Of a stretch of 64,000 nt of DNA, positions 48,401-59,875 are shown in pieces (the stretch's first letter is position 1; each line of letters begins with the position of its first letter). Source of the stretch: a virus (Duplodnaviria; Caudoviricetes); IMG/VR virus record IMGVR_UViG_3300013105_000022, positions 1 to 64,000 of that record. One strand, written 5' to 3'. A program made the position numbers and the translations under genes. The notes beneath the pieces were generated by a model that saw only the letters and a program-made list of their open reading frames with translations, made no database searches and had not been told where the DNA came from.

Positions 48401-50916
48401 GAGGTTCGCGGCTGGGTGCAAGCGCAGTCGCATGGAGCTTCAGTTGGTGGACGAGATTCACCGCCTGAACAAGATCATCGAGGAGCAAAATGGACAACTG
48501 GCTGGCAATCACTGAGACCGGCGCTGAATGGCGCTTCGCAGATGGAATGCTGTACGTGCAATCGAGCCGTGGAGGATTCTACACCATTCGTCCCTGGGTC
48601 ATGAAGATCATCGACCGTGACGCCCTGCCTCAGGGAACCACAATCCGTGAAGCCATTGATTCCGGAGAAGATAGCTTCACCCCGAAGATCGGCTACGCTA
48701 TCTACGCGGGAGGCAAGGACTCGTGGCGCTTGTCCACGCGCGTGGTCTCCCTCGAAGAGATTGAGCTTGAGAATGCGTAACGCGACCGGCAAGGAGTCTC
48801 GTCACTACGACGAGCAGGAGATTCGTCTGATCGCCGCTGAGACAGAAGCCGACCCCAAGTTCCCGAAGTGGGTAACCACGGCACTGATGGCGCAAGTGGA
48901 GCATAGCGCAGAGTAGGCGTATAAATAGACCATGAGCTTCATCATCGACAATGACAACTCCACCGACACTCAGGGCAAGGCTCTGCCGCGCCTGATTGGT
49001 CCCTTTCTCACTCGCACGCTGGCAGACCAGTGGGCATTGAGGAACCTCCGCAACGGCTCCTGGAACGTAGCTCCGGTTCAGGACCCTCGCTCTTTGAGGA
49101 GAGAATGATGACAGATATCCCTTGGTGGGTGCAGGAGAGCGTGGAGTACTACGGGTTCAGTAATCGTGTCCTCCCGTGGGAGAAGCACAGCGAAGAGATG
49201 TACAGCCTCGTTTCAGGTATCCACTATCCTCCTCGCGCTCACGTATTCTACGTTGTGGATGCGCTTCGGGAGGATGCGACCTGGGAAGAACTCAAGGGGA
49301 TTCACTACTCTCAGGCCCTTGCGGATAACGCCGCGCGCAAGCGTGCGTACAGCGACGGAATCCCTCACAGGGTCAGGATCGTGGTTTCCTATGAGTAAGC
49401 TCTACAAGGTTACGATCAAGCGTGTCCAGTACGGAGATGCCATCGTAGTCGCTGAGAACGAGAAGCAGGCTGAGAGTCTTGCTCTCGATGCCGTGGTGGG
49501 AGCCGTCCTCCCGCCGTATGATGCCATTGACACCGTAGAGAGTGTCACAGAAGTAGATATGGAAGAAGACTGATGCCATTCGTAAGTCGTAAGGAAATCC
49601 GGGAACTCAGGGAGTCAAAGGAGAAGGTAGACGCACTCCTCCTCGACAATGAGGCCTACAGCAACCGCGCGGATGCTAGGGACGAAGAACTCAACGAAAT
49701 CGGCGGATTCCTGAGGTTCTTGGCCGTTCGCGTTCCGGACTATGAGGGTTACGTCCTGGAGTACCTGGACTTCATGGAGGATCAGGAAAATGCAGGAAAT
49801 TAAGGTCGGGGACTTCGTTATCGTCAAGGATGCCGGTGAGGTCGGTGTAGTGACTGAGAAGACAGAGAACCCTCTCTCCTATCGTGTGCGCGCACGTGGT
49901 ACCTCCTCCACTTACTCCCCATACGACATCTTGGGTCTCACTGCGGCACAGGTTCGCATCTTGAACCAGTCTCTTGCGGCTGTCGCTTCTGTGATCGATA
50001 CATACCGCGAGGCAGATGTTTACGATCCTGTGTACGACGAAGAGGGCAAGATCGTGTACTCCTCTGCCGCCGCTACGGTGTTCCGCGTCCTCAGTTTCGC
50101 TGAGATGATCGTACATCTGGGAAACCTCTCCGACCGGGTAGCCATCCTGGAGAAGGAGCTTATGGAAGCTCAGGCCCAAAGATGATTCTCGAAGACAAGC
50201 ACATCTCATATCTCGAACTGGTATCTAGGGGTCATGTTGTCCTCTGGTGGAACCCACCCAAGACGATGAGTAAGTACGTCTGTTCCGAGTGGTATGAGGG
50301 TCGCGTGGACGTAGACCAGATCGTGGCCGCTCAGATGCATGCACTGGGAGCTACGAGAATCGTCGCGAAGTCAGGTAAGCAGTTCGTCGCTTTGACTGAT
50401 CGCGGAGAGACGATTCTTCTCGATGAGGCCGAGGCATGGTCGTAAATATGGGACAATAGACTAATGACCGAAGAGAAGCGTAAGCCCGGACGCCCTCGCC
50501 TCTACACTCCAGAAGAGGCGAAGGAGCGCAGGCGCGAGCAGAACCGAAATCGCGCCCGTCAGCGTAGGGCAGAAGACCCAGAGTACAGTCGCAAGCAGTA
50601 CGCCGCACGATCAGCAGAGAAGAATGCTGAGTACAGACAGCGTGCGTATGAGAAGCGGAAGGAACGTCTCCAGAACGACCCTGACTATCGTAAGAAATGG
50701 AACGAGAAGCAACGCGAATACAGAGCGAAGCGTAAGGAACAGTGAAATGAAACTGTGGCATCAGGCGACCATCATTGCGGTGGTCGCCTTTTGTCTTCCC
50801 AGAATCCTCTTCAACCTTTACCTGATGTACAGGATGGTGAAGAACCACGGGAGACTCAAAGGAATAGCCCTCTGGAAGCAATGGAAGTTGTAGCACGTAG
50901 TGCGTATACATAGATC

Positions 50917-51399
50917 ATGGGATACGCAGTGTATGAAGACCGCTGGAATGGCGACAGGTGGGCAGGCTATGCCGTTCCCGCAGAGTGCGACATGCCAGAC
51001 TGTCATGAGAGTATTGACCGTGGCATGGGTTACCAGTGCCAGACACATGATTACTACCAGTACCTGGATGAGAACGGCAAGATCGTAACCTCAGAGGATG
51101 ACTGGGAAGAGGAGGAACTGGTCGATGACGAAGGTTGCTACCTCTATTTCTGTGAAGAGCATCTGTACAACTGGAAGGCTCACGAGAATGTGACTCCCAA
51201 GGGAGATTCCGTCGAGTGGATGTGGTGGCTCATCGTAGCTCCGTCTTGGGCACAGTGGCGCATCGAGAATCCCGATAAGGTAGCAGAGTACCGCGCGGCT
51301 ATTACGGCGGCGAACTATCGACCAACACAGAGCAATCTCGTGGACCTCAAGTGGGACATGGAAGATTCTGGCGTCATGACCACGGAGCACTTGCTGTAA
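50917..51399 (+). CDS. Hypothetical Cys/His protein (GYAVPAECDMPDC..IDRGMGY)
   Basis: Leaderless after TATACAT-N5. Confidence 0.7.
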   Translation: MGYAVYEDRWNGDRWAGYAVPAECDMPDCHESIDRGMGYQCQTHDYYQYLDENGKIVTSEDDWEEEELVDDEGCYLYFCEEHLYNWKAHENVTPKGDSVEWMWWLIVAPSWAQWRIENPDKVAEYRAAITAANYRPTQSNLVDLKWDMEDSGVMTTEHLL

Positions 51400-51903
51400 T
51401 GGCTCAGGTCTGGAAATGCCTCAAGTGTGGCTACGTCACCTGGACTCCCACAGAAGCCGGTGACCACGAGCGCCAGTTCTATGGCAGGATCATCTGGAAG
51501 CCGCGTGATGAGGACGGAAATCTTCTTCACTACATGGATGACATCGGAGAGTGACAATGGAAGACGCCCCTGAAGGGTACGAACTCAGTACCCGCGAGGA
51601 GCTTGCCCCGCTCGTTCGCGATTTTCATGAACTGGTGGGACGCGATCTGACGAACGGTGAGCTTCTTGCACTGGACTTCGCTCTGGAGTGGGTCTATGCC
51701 ACTGCCGAAGAGGAGTTCGAAGACCGGCTCCTGGAGATGAACGCCAGGATGGACACGGAGTACGCAGTCACCTATGGGTCTATCCCGACTGTTCGTATGA
51801 TGAACATGCCCAACCTGGGAGTAGCTAAGAGAGTCGCACAGGCTCTCAACGGACAGGTGCGTATCAGACGCGCATCTAAGTGGGAAATGTACAAGGAGGA
51901 CTG

Positions 51904-52335
51904 ATGGCAACTAGTTGGATTCACGCTGTAGCAACCTCCAAGCACTTCAAGGCCGGTAAGCCTGAGGACTTCATCGACATCCATGAGTGGATCGATCAGT
52001 TCAAGCAGTCGAATGCTGACGTACGGCACCGAGCCTTCCTGCACAACTCGCAGGGACCGTGGATGGCACAGGATGTCTTCGGACACGTGCGTACGGTAGA
52101 GAAATGGCCCTTGGGTGAAGGCAAGACAGTAGACCTCTCTGTGAGGGAGATTGTCGAGTCTCACATCATCGAAGACCTCGGATGGGTTCCTTCCCCTGCC
52201 GACTGGGCATCCTGCATGAGTTGCCGTGTCTGGATGGGAGGCAAGAGGAATAAATTCGTCGGCAGGGAAGAGCTTTTGGAGTCGGAGGTCAAAGTTGTAA
52301 ATCCCACGCGAGTGAACAATGACCTTTCAACGTAA
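51904..52335 (+). CDS. DUF6915-like protein
   Basis: HA...K.F..G.PEDF..IH.W.D......D.RHRA.LH..QG. Confidence 0.65.
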   Translation: MATSWIHAVATSKHFKAGKPEDFIDIHEWIDQFKQSNADVRHRAFLHNSQGPWMAQDVFGHVRTVEKWPLGEGKTVDLSVREIVESHIIEDLGWVPSPADWASCMSCRVWMGGKRNKFVGREELLESEVKVVNPTRVNNDLST

Positions 52336-52735
52336 ATACTTCGGATGCTCGGTTGAGGGATGTGACAGTCCTCACGAAGCTAGAGGCTTCTGCCGTAAGC
52401 ACTATCGTAGAGCTACATACTACGATAGTGAGGCTCGACAGGCTTCTCAAAAGGCATACAATCTTGCCGGAAGATACGGTATCACTCTCGAAGAGAGGGC
52501 AGAGATGCTGGAGAGGCAGGGACATAGATGTGCAATGTGTCCCGCGACGGAGCCGGGAGGGAGGCACAAGGAGTGGCATCTCGATCATGACCATTCATGT
52601 TGTCCTAAGCGAGGTAAGACTTGCGGAAAGTGCAATCGAGGACTACTTTGCTCCAGATGTAATCTGGCGCTAGGTATCGTAGAGGCAATCGGCCTCGACA
52701 AAGTAACCAAATATCTACAAGGAAACAAGAAATGA
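52319..52735 (+). CDS. Endonuclease VII-type homing endonuclease
   Basis: YGITLEE..ML..QG.RCAMC..LDHDH..RGLLCSRCNLALG. Confidence 0.88.
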   Translation: MTFQRKYFGCSVEGCDSPHEARGFCRKHYRRATYYDSEARQASQKAYNLAGRYGITLEERAEMLERQGHRCAMCPATEPGGRHKEWHLDHDHSCCPKRGKTCGKCNRGLLCSRCNLALGIVEAIGLDKVTKYLQGNKK

Positions 52736-53238
52736 CTGAAATCTTCAAGATCACTACCCGCCCCATCGAGGGCGACATCACCGCTTCCGGCAAGACGCGC
52801 TACAATCAGGTCTCCCCGGAGGAGTTCCTGGCCGTCGTAGACGAGATTCTGGCCACACCGGGAATTCGCTCCATCGGATGGACACAGCACACGCCGTACT
52901 TCAACGACGGAGAGCCATGTGAATTCGGCCTGGGAGAACTGGCACTGGACCTCGACCCGGCAATCTACGGTGAGGTCGATGACGACGACGCATACGCTCT
53001 CCCGGAAGAGGGCTACAACTGGGCCACTTCTTGGGGTATCTACACGTATCCCGAGCGTGGTAACTACTCCACCAGGAAGTACGAACTCAACGGGGTAGAC
53101 ACCAAGCCACTGAACGACATCTTCTCAAAGTGGGCGTCTGAGCGCTACGAGAACGTGGCTCTGGACAGCTTCGGTGACCACGCGGTTGTCGTCGCTACGC
53201 CGGAAGGCTTCAGCGTTGACTACTACGAGCACGAGTAA
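52732..53238 (+). CDS. Acidic hypothetical protein (WTQHTPYFNDGEPCEF..FGDH)
   Basis: Coupled; terminator-like hairpin after. Confidence 0.75.
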   Translation: MTEIFKITTRPIEGDITASGKTRYNQVSPEEFLAVVDEILATPGIRSIGWTQHTPYFNDGEPCEFGLGELALDLDPAIYGEVDDDDAYALPEEGYNWATSWGIYTYPERGNYSTRKYELNGVDTKPLNDIFSKWASERYENVALDSFGDHAVVVATPEGFSVDYYEHE

Positions 53239-54174
53239 GCCCTCCAAGGCCCTCAGGACGGCTTTTTGGGTCATCCTGGGGGCCTCGGTCTTCCTTTACA
53301 TTTTCAGCCCGGAGAAAGGCACACAGTGACTTACAGCGACAGCTACGATCTGGCTCTGGAGCAGAGCCGTGTACTCATCGAGCATGAGACCGATGTCGAT
53401 ACCGAACGTCTGGTCATGCTGGGGTACATCGCAGGACTTCAGGACACCAACAAGATTCTTCAGGAATCCATCCGCGCGACGGGTGAGAGAGGCAAGGCGG
53501 GACGCATGTTCTCCATCGCCTACTCCAAGTTCACCGGTATCGCACAGAAAGCGTCCTCGCGCGCCAGGGAGTTGAAGGTATGAGCTTCGAATCAGGCCAG
53601 AAGGTCTACATCAAGCCAGGAACTTTCCACCACCCGTGGTCGGATTCGGACGCCCTGGAGGCCACCTTCGTCAGCTACATGGCTGGGAGAGAGTATGCCA
53701 TCCTTCTGGTGAGGAACCCGGACCCATACAACATTCGAGTAAACGTAGAGGACCTGATCGATGAAGACTGAGTGGGGAGTGAACAGTAGTCTGGGCGGCG
53801 GTATTATGCCGGTGGCCAACTACGACAGTGCTCTGACAGTTACTGAGAACATGCACAAGGCGGGACATGCCGCTGTCATCGTGTGGCGCGGTGTCACCGA
53901 ATGGAGAGAACATGACAACTACGACGATTGAAATTGACGGCGTTCCTGTCGTACCTTCTTTCCGCGTTGAGCGAGGAGAAGTGAAGAGTGCATGGGACGG
54001 AGGTTGGGAAAACCTGACTCCAGTCAAGATCATGCATCCCTACGACATCGCACAGAAGCTCGCAGAGGCGGGGAACATCACTCAGGCTTTCGCGGCTCTG
54101 GATGGATTCATGCGTAGAGAAATCGACATCAAGGCAGACAGCGCTATGTGGAAGCTTGACAGGATGTACGAGGA

Positions 54175-54543
54175 ATGAGCAAGGAACTTCTATTCAGCGT
54201 CACTTTGGACGACTGCAAGGTAGAGACATTCCGCGCTGGAGGTCCCGGAGGACAGAACCAGAACAAGCGCGAGACCGGCGTGAGGATCACTCACAAGGAG
54301 TCTGGCGCTGTCGGTGAGTCCCGAGAAGAGCGTTCACAGCTTCAGAACAAGAAGACGGCCTTCAAGCGCATGGTCGAGTCTCCCCATTTCAAGTACTGGC
54401 TCGCCTTGAAGCGACGTGAGCTTGAAACCGGAAAGACTGCCGAAGAACGTGTAGAAGAATCTATGAAGGATTCGAACATTCGTACGGAAATTCATGATGA
54501 GCAGGGACGATGGGTTGCGGCTTCGGGAGAGGATTTGGTATAG
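54175..54543 (+). CDS. Class I release-factor catalytic-domain protein (ArfB-like peptidyl-tRNA hydrolase)
   Basis: RAGGPGGQNQNKRETGVRITH..ERSQLQNK..A. Confidence 0.88.
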   Translation: MSKELLFSVTLDDCKVETFRAGGPGGQNQNKRETGVRITHKESGAVGESREERSQLQNKKTAFKRMVESPHFKYWLALKRRELETGKTAEERVEESMKDSNIRTEIHDEQGRWVAASGEDLV

Positions 54544-54550
54544 TCGCACC

Positions 54551-55225
54551 ATGACTAAGACACCACAATACTTCTACACATCAGACACCCACATCGGGCA
54601 TCGTCTGGTCGCTCGCGAGCGCGGTTTCGTGTTCCCTGACCGAGAGCCGGAACTGGATCAGCGTACAGGTCTGTACCTTCCAGTACCTGATACAGGCGCT
54701 CACGACCGCGCACTGGCCCTTCACTGGGACACGACAGTGCGCCCTCAGGACTTCGTGTTCGTTCTGGGAGACATCTCCATCAGCGGTTCTGACTACGCGC
54801 TGGAGTGGCACATGAACCGTCCAGGCACGCTGGTTCTGATTACCGGCAACCACGACGATCCGTGGGGCTTCAACCGTGACGCCTACAAGGAGTTCGAGAA
54901 GTGGTCTATGGTCTTCCGTGGAGGAATCTTCCCTTTCCTTCGCCGCAAGCTCGGAGGTCACTACTTCCTGATGAGTCACTTCCCTTACTCGGGTACCGGC
55001 TCTGAGGGTCACGGTGCAGAGGAACGTCACAACCAGTTCCGTCTTCCTGACATGGGAACCAAGCTGATCCACGGTCACACTCACGACCAGGATCAGAGGG
55101 CACACGTCTCCGACAGTGGAACTCCACAGCTTCACGTCGGGCTGGATGCCTGGGATCAGAAGCTCCTCCACCAGGACACAATCCAGGGGTGGCTGGAGAA
55201 CCCGGACAGCACGTTCTTCCAGTAA
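54551..55225 (+). CDS. Calcineurin-like metallophosphoesterase
   Basis: SDTHIGH, LGD, GNHD, SHFP, HGHTH. Confidence 0.88.
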   Translation: MTKTPQYFYTSDTHIGHRLVARERGFVFPDREPELDQRTGLYLPVPDTGAHDRALALHWDTTVRPQDFVFVLGDISISGSDYALEWHMNRPGTLVLITGNHDDPWGFNRDAYKEFEKWSMVFRGGIFPFLRRKLGGHYFLMSHFPYSGTGSEGHGAEERHNQFRLPDMGTKLIHGHTHDQDQRAHVSDSGTPQLHVGLDAWDQKLLHQDTIQGWLENPDSTFFQ

Positions 55226-55234
55226 TAGCACAGC

Positions 55235-55270
55235 AAAAGACCGCATATCTTGTAGATATGCGGTCTTTGT
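55235..55270. terminator. Bidirectional terminator
   Basis: AAAGACCGCATATCT..AGATATGCGGTCTTT between convergent genes. Confidence 0.85.
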
Positions 55271-55280
55271 GCATCTAAGC

Positions 55281-55923
55281 TCAGTCGCGCTCTGCCATGT
55301 CTGCGAGGATGATGTCCATAGTGTCCGTTGGGACGGTCTGTGCGTCGATCCTGGGGCTTCTCGTCCACAACCAGAAGCCGATACCGCTACCGAGAGTGGC
55401 GAGGAAGCCTACGAGCACCACAATGCCGAAGAACCACGAGAGTCCGGCGTTCTCTGTCTTCCAGAAAATCCAGTCACCCACGACGTAGGCGATGAGCACT
55501 GCACCCAGTGTCATCACGAAGAGCGACGTGCATACTACGGTCCAGGCCACGGCTCTCAGCACAAGACCTCTACGCCTAATCAAGGTACAGCCCCCTGCAC
55601 GCTCCGTCGCACCCGTGGATCATCTGGTAATAGGTGGTCTCTTCGCTGGTCGCGCTCTTCCAGAACTCGTACTGTGCCCTGGTGGGATGTCCGATGCCGG
55701 TATCCGGATCGATGACCTCCATGATGCCGCGATCCTCGCGCCAGTTCAGGGGCCAGTTGGCCCACGGCAGAGGTCCACGACGGTCATGAATGTCACACAG
55801 ACGACCCTCGCACTTCTCAGGCGCATGGGTATTGACCAACTCATAGCCGCCGCTGAGCTTGGTCCAGTACCCCGTCTCGGGGTCCTGCGTAACGATCATG
55901 TTCTTACTCCTCAAATGGTTCAA
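55281..55923 (-). CDS. Two genes: 2-TM protein (55281-55583) and His/Cys protein (55576-~55923)
   Basis: Hydrophobic helices; H..C..C.IH..GHP..HGCDG.C. Confidence 0.65.
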
Positions 55924-55970
55924 GACAGCCCCGAACCTCTACACGAAGTCCGGGGCTGTCTAGCTAGTGA

Positions 55971-57242
55971 TTAGTTGTTGGCCTTAATGCGACGTGCTAC
56001 TACGATAGTAGCACCACCAAGGATCATAATCCCACCCAGAACGAGAAGTCCGATACCGAACTCTCCACCGGTCTGAGCGAGGGTGTCCTCATCCTCGACT
56101 GCCGCCTTCACCGAAGCCTTGGAAGGCTCAGGCTTCGGAGTGACCACAGGGCATACGACCGCATCGTGCTTGACGGTCTCGACCCAGGCTTCCTTGTAGT
56201 TCTCGTTCTCTACCTGAAGTGTCGGCTCACCGACAGCAGGAACGGCAGGAGTGCCGGTAACAGCGGGCTTGTAATCAGGATTGCTGACAGTCTTGGTTGG
56301 CTCACCGATGGCAGGTACTGCCGGTACAGCAGGCGTGCCTGGCTTGTAGTCAGGGTTGCTGACAGTCTTGGTCGGCTCACCAACGGCGGGCTTTGCAGGA
56401 ACATCGATGATCTTCTCATCCCAGGCGGGAGTAACAACCACAGTCTCGTCGTAAGCTTCCTTGACGACCACAGTCTCGTCGTACGCGGGCTTGATAACCT
56501 CAGTCCAAGCGGCCTTGTCTACGACAACACGAGTCTGTCCGTCGTAAAGTGCCTGCCACTGACGCTCCCACTGAACCTTGTACTGTCCGTTACCGCGCTC
56601 ACCACTGGAGTGGAACTGAGGCGATCCGATGGGGTTGGTGTTCAACTGCCATGAAGTGTGAGTCTCCGGGCTGTACTTCTCCCATGCACCGTACTCCGAC
56701 CATCCGCCGTTCTTGGACTTGGTGCGCTCACGAGTGAACTTGGCGAAGTGGTACTCGGTGTGAGTAACAGCCGCGTGCTCCTTCACCTGAGCCTCATGGT
56801 GAACGACCTTCGTCTCAGCGTCGTGGTGAACGACCTTGGTGACGGCGGGGTGGTTCACGATGTGTGAAACTTCCTCGACAGCAGGCTCGTAGTCTTCGTT
56901 CTCGACTACGATGGTCGGCTCACCCACGGCAGGGACTGCCGGAATTTCAGGCTTACCGGGAACATAGTCCTCGTTCGGAACCGTGATCGTCGGCTCGCCT
57001 ACAGCGGGCTGGTCGGGAACGGCAGGAACCTCAGGCTTGTACTCCGGGTTCTTGACCGTGATCGTCTTCTCGCCAACGGCGGGATGATTCACAGTCGTGG
57101 TGTATGCGTCCTGAGGGACACACACGGATGCCTGTACTGAGGTATCAGCCGATGCAGGAACAACGACACCGGCTACAAGGCCAGCACCGATGAAAGCTCC
57201 CGCAACCGCGAGCACCCCCAGGCGCTTGAATGGATTCTTCAT
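55971..57242 (-). CDS. Secreted sortase-anchored (LAQTG) repeat surface protein
   Basis: Signal peptide ending ASA, PAVGEPT repeats, LAQTG + TM + RRIK tail. Confidence 0.85.
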   Translation of the reverse strand: MKNPFKRLGVLAVAGAFIGAGLVAGVVVPASADTSVQASVCVPQDAYTTTVNHPAVGEKTITVKNPEYKPEVPAVPDQPAVGEPTITVPNEDYVPGKPEIPAVPAVGEPTIVVENEDYEPAVEEVSHIVNHPAVTKVVHHDAETKVVHHEAQVKEHAAVTHTEYHFAKFTRERTKSKNGGWSEYGAWEKYSPETHTSWQLNTNPIGSPQFHSSGERGNGQYKVQWERQWQALYDGQTRVVVDKAAWTEVIKPAYDETVVVKEAYDETVVVTPAWDEKIIDVPAKPAVGEPTKTVSNPDYKPGTPAVPAVPAIGEPTKTVSNPDYKPAVTGTPAVPAVGEPTLQVENENYKEAWVETVKHDAVVCPVVTPKPEPSKASVKAAVEDEDTLAQTGGEFGIGLLVLGGIMILGGATIVVARRIKANN

Positions 57243-57274
57243 ATAGGTTTCCCCTCCAGGGATTGGTTTGTGTG

Positions 57275-57868
57275 TTAGTACGACACTACATCCATCGCGT
57301 AGTTCGTGTCAAGCGCTTTTTCAAGAACTTCTTCCCACTGCGACCAGTCCGTGATGCGTGGAAGCTGAAGCTCACGGTTGTACGGCTGATCGTAGAGAAT
57401 CTGAGTCCACGTAGGCTCTTCGTAGTGCCCGGTGATTCCAGGCTTGTCATCGAACAGCACATCACCACGGAGGCCGGTCTTGTCATTCGCAAAAACGATG
57501 CTCTTGCGGATGCCGAAGTCACGCTCGATGGAGTCTGCCTTGTCCTGAAGACACGTGGGGTTGTCCCACCACGGGCTGGTGGCGATCTGCACGTGATGAC
57601 CTTGCTCGATCATCTTGGCGATGGCCTCCTGAGACCCTGGAAGGGTCCTCAGTTCTCCGTAGAAGCCTGGGTGGTTGAATACCTCATCCACCACTGCGGC
57701 TTCCTCAGGAGTGAGGTTCAGACGGAGGTTGAAGCTCCTCTGATCGACAGCCCGAGGGATGTTGAGCAGATGCGGAGCCTTCTCGTTCAGAATCTCATCC
57801 CAACGGTACCCCCAGTCATAGAGGGTACCGTCCGCGTCTACGAGGATGTGGAGCTTAGGAAGCGACAT
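57275..57868 (-). CDS. 5'(3')-deoxyribonucleotidase (HAD, NT5C-like)
   Basis: DADGTL, ATSP, DK, LFDDKP, PYNR. Confidence 0.88.
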   Translation of the reverse strand: MSLPKLHILVDADGTLYDWGYRWDEILNEKAPHLLNIPRAVDQRSFNLRLNLTPEEAAVVDEVFNHPGFYGELRTLPGSQEAIAKMIEQGHHVQIATSPWWDNPTCLQDKADSIERDFGIRKSIVFANDKTGLRGDVLFDDKPGITGHYEEPTWTQILYDQPYNRELQLPRITDWSQWEEVLEKALDTNYAMDVVSY

Positions 57869-58802
57869 CGCCTACCTTCTTCCGGGCGAGGTAGTCCTGA
57901 ATCTCCTTGCGGAACCTGTTGGCATTCCACACGCTCCAGACGATCAGAAGTCCGTTCAGGATGGCGAACAGGCTACCGACCTGAAGGTTGAGGAAGAGGG
58001 AGTAAACGCTGAACAGCGCCAGACCGATCCACAGGACGAGGAACACGATGCCGGTGATGAACTCCCAGCGGTACTGATACTTCATCATCATCACTTCTCG
58101 TCGTCCTCATCGTCATCATCGGCGCTCGTCTGAAGCTCGATGTTCGGAATGATTGTCTCCGGGCGGAAAATCACCTGATAGTGATACGGGTCCGCATCCG
58201 AAGGCTCGGTCTGAATCGCCGTCACGGAAACGTTGTCTCCCATGCGGAAGATTTCCTTAACGTACTTGTCCTCACCGATCTTGCAGATTACGGTGGTCTG
58301 ATTCTCCGGGTCATCGTTACCGAGAGCGCAACGGCCCTCGATTTCGAAGAGGTAGGTGTCGTTCAGATCGTTGTGAAAAACTACCTTGCGGTTAATCTCG
58401 AAAGAGTCCGCATCCTTGGAGAGGTTGTAGGATGCAGTATCTGACTGACTGCTACATCCCGCCAGGCCAACAGCTACAGCGGCGAACGCAATCGCGCCAG
58501 CGGCGATCTTGGTTACTTTATTCATGAAATTAGGCTCCTGCGGCGATAAGTTGAATCAAAGTGACGACGTGAATGACGATCTGGATAACAACGAAAATTT
58601 CCCAGGCGACACCGAGCACCCAACCGATGAGCGCTCCTCCGAGGAGGCCGACACCTGTGTTGTCATCGAGACCCTTGCTCTTGGAGGCACCGATGAGTCC
58701 ACCAGAGATGACAGTGACCCAGAAGATGATTCCGGTGATGGCGTGTCCGACGAAGAGCCAGATGACACCCCAGATGATTGTTGAGAGAATGGTAGGTTCC
58801 AT
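57855..58802 (-). CDS. Envelope genes: 2-TM (57855-58094), lipoprotein (58091-58525), 2-TM (58530-58802)
   Basis: LAGC lipobox; hydrophobic helices. Confidence 0.75.
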
Positions 58803-58834
58803 AGTTCTATTTATACGTGCACGTACGGCTATTG

Positions 58835-59875
58835 TCAAGCCTGTGCTTCGTATTCCTTTCCACGGCGCTGATAGGTGAGTGGTTCCTGGTAGAGGAGGGT
58901 GTTGTTGATGATGTCCACGGCGGCAGTCAGACGACCCTTCAGGTCATCCTCATCGAGAACGACGTAAGGAAGATCGAACTCCTCCAGAATGTTGATCCAG
59001 TACTGATCGTCAAGCTCGCGCTTGTCCCCTCCATACCGAAGAGGGTCGGCCTCGAAGGGAATGTTCGACTTGGTGACGATGTAAAGGTCACTACGAAGCA
59101 GACTGGCGTGCATATCCAGCCTCCCAGGAACGCTCCAGTGGTCCCAGTTCCGCCAGTACCCCAGGGTCGAGAAGAGGTCCGTATCCTGAATCACCAGAGG
59201 CTTCAGAGCGGTGTCGAACGTGGCCTCCTGGAGGGCCTTCTGTCCCAGATAGATGGCATCCATCTTTGCCACCGTCAGTTCGGAACCCACTGCTTCCAGA
59301 TAGGGACGTGCCCACTCAGGAAGTGTCGTGGATTCACGAAAGAGCTTTCCCAACTCATTGGTGAGAGTGGTCTTGCCGGTAGATTCGGCACCGAAGATGG
59401 TAACCGTCTTCTGAAGAAGGACGCGGAACTCGGGGATCATCTGATCCCACTCCCCGAACCAATCCTTTCGTACTTCAGTGCCCTTGGTGTAGCGGACCTG
59501 ACGATGAAGATCGTAAGGCATGAACACGCCGCGAGCAACTTCTGCCAGCTTCTTGCCGTACATCTCGGAAGCTACGATGTAGTCTCCCTTTTCGAACCCG
59601 TGGTCATTCAGGAACCTAACCCACATGTCCCAGAATCCTGGGTCATCCTCTGGCTCCTGAGGAAGTTCGCGGTGAATGCGATGAACCGTGATGATGTCGC
59701 TGATCTTTTCGACCGCGAGAACCAGGGACTCGAAGCGCTCTTCATAGTACGGCTCGTCAGGCTGAGTGTTCAGGATGACTTCAACCCGACCAGTAAGCAT
59801 GTGAGCGAACTTGATGAGGTCAAGGTGTCCCAGCGTGGGCGGAAGTGCTGTCATCAGCACGTAGCTCTTAGTCAT
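58835..59875 (-). CDS. nadR: NadR-like bifunctional NMN adenylyltransferase / nicotinamide riboside kinase
   Basis: PPTLGH nucleotidyltransferase motif, ASEMYG, GAESTGKTT, EWAR, DTD, F..DPLR. Confidence 0.88.
   Translation of the reverse strand: MTKSYVLMTALPPTLGHLDLIKFAHMLTGRVEVILNTQPDEPYYEERFESLVLAVEKISDIITVHRIHRELPQEPEDDPGFWDMWVRFLNDHGFEKGDYIVASEMYGKKLAEVARGVFMPYDLHRQVRYTKGTEVRKDWFGEWDQMIPEFRVLLQKTVTIFGAESTGKTTLTNELGKLFRESTTLPEWARPYLEAVGSELTVAKMDAIYLGQKALQEATFDTALKPLVIQDTDLFSTLGYWRNWDHWSVPGRLDMHASLLRSDLYIVTKSNIPFEADPLRYGGDKRELDDQYWINILEEFDLPYVVLDEDDLKGRLTAAVDIINNTLLYQEPLTYQRRGKEYEAQA

Larger units (their letters stand above)
40926..51904 (+). other. Array of ~45 small hypothetical genes
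   Basis: Coupled ORFs with consistent codon bias; several leaderless promoters. Confidence 0.8.
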
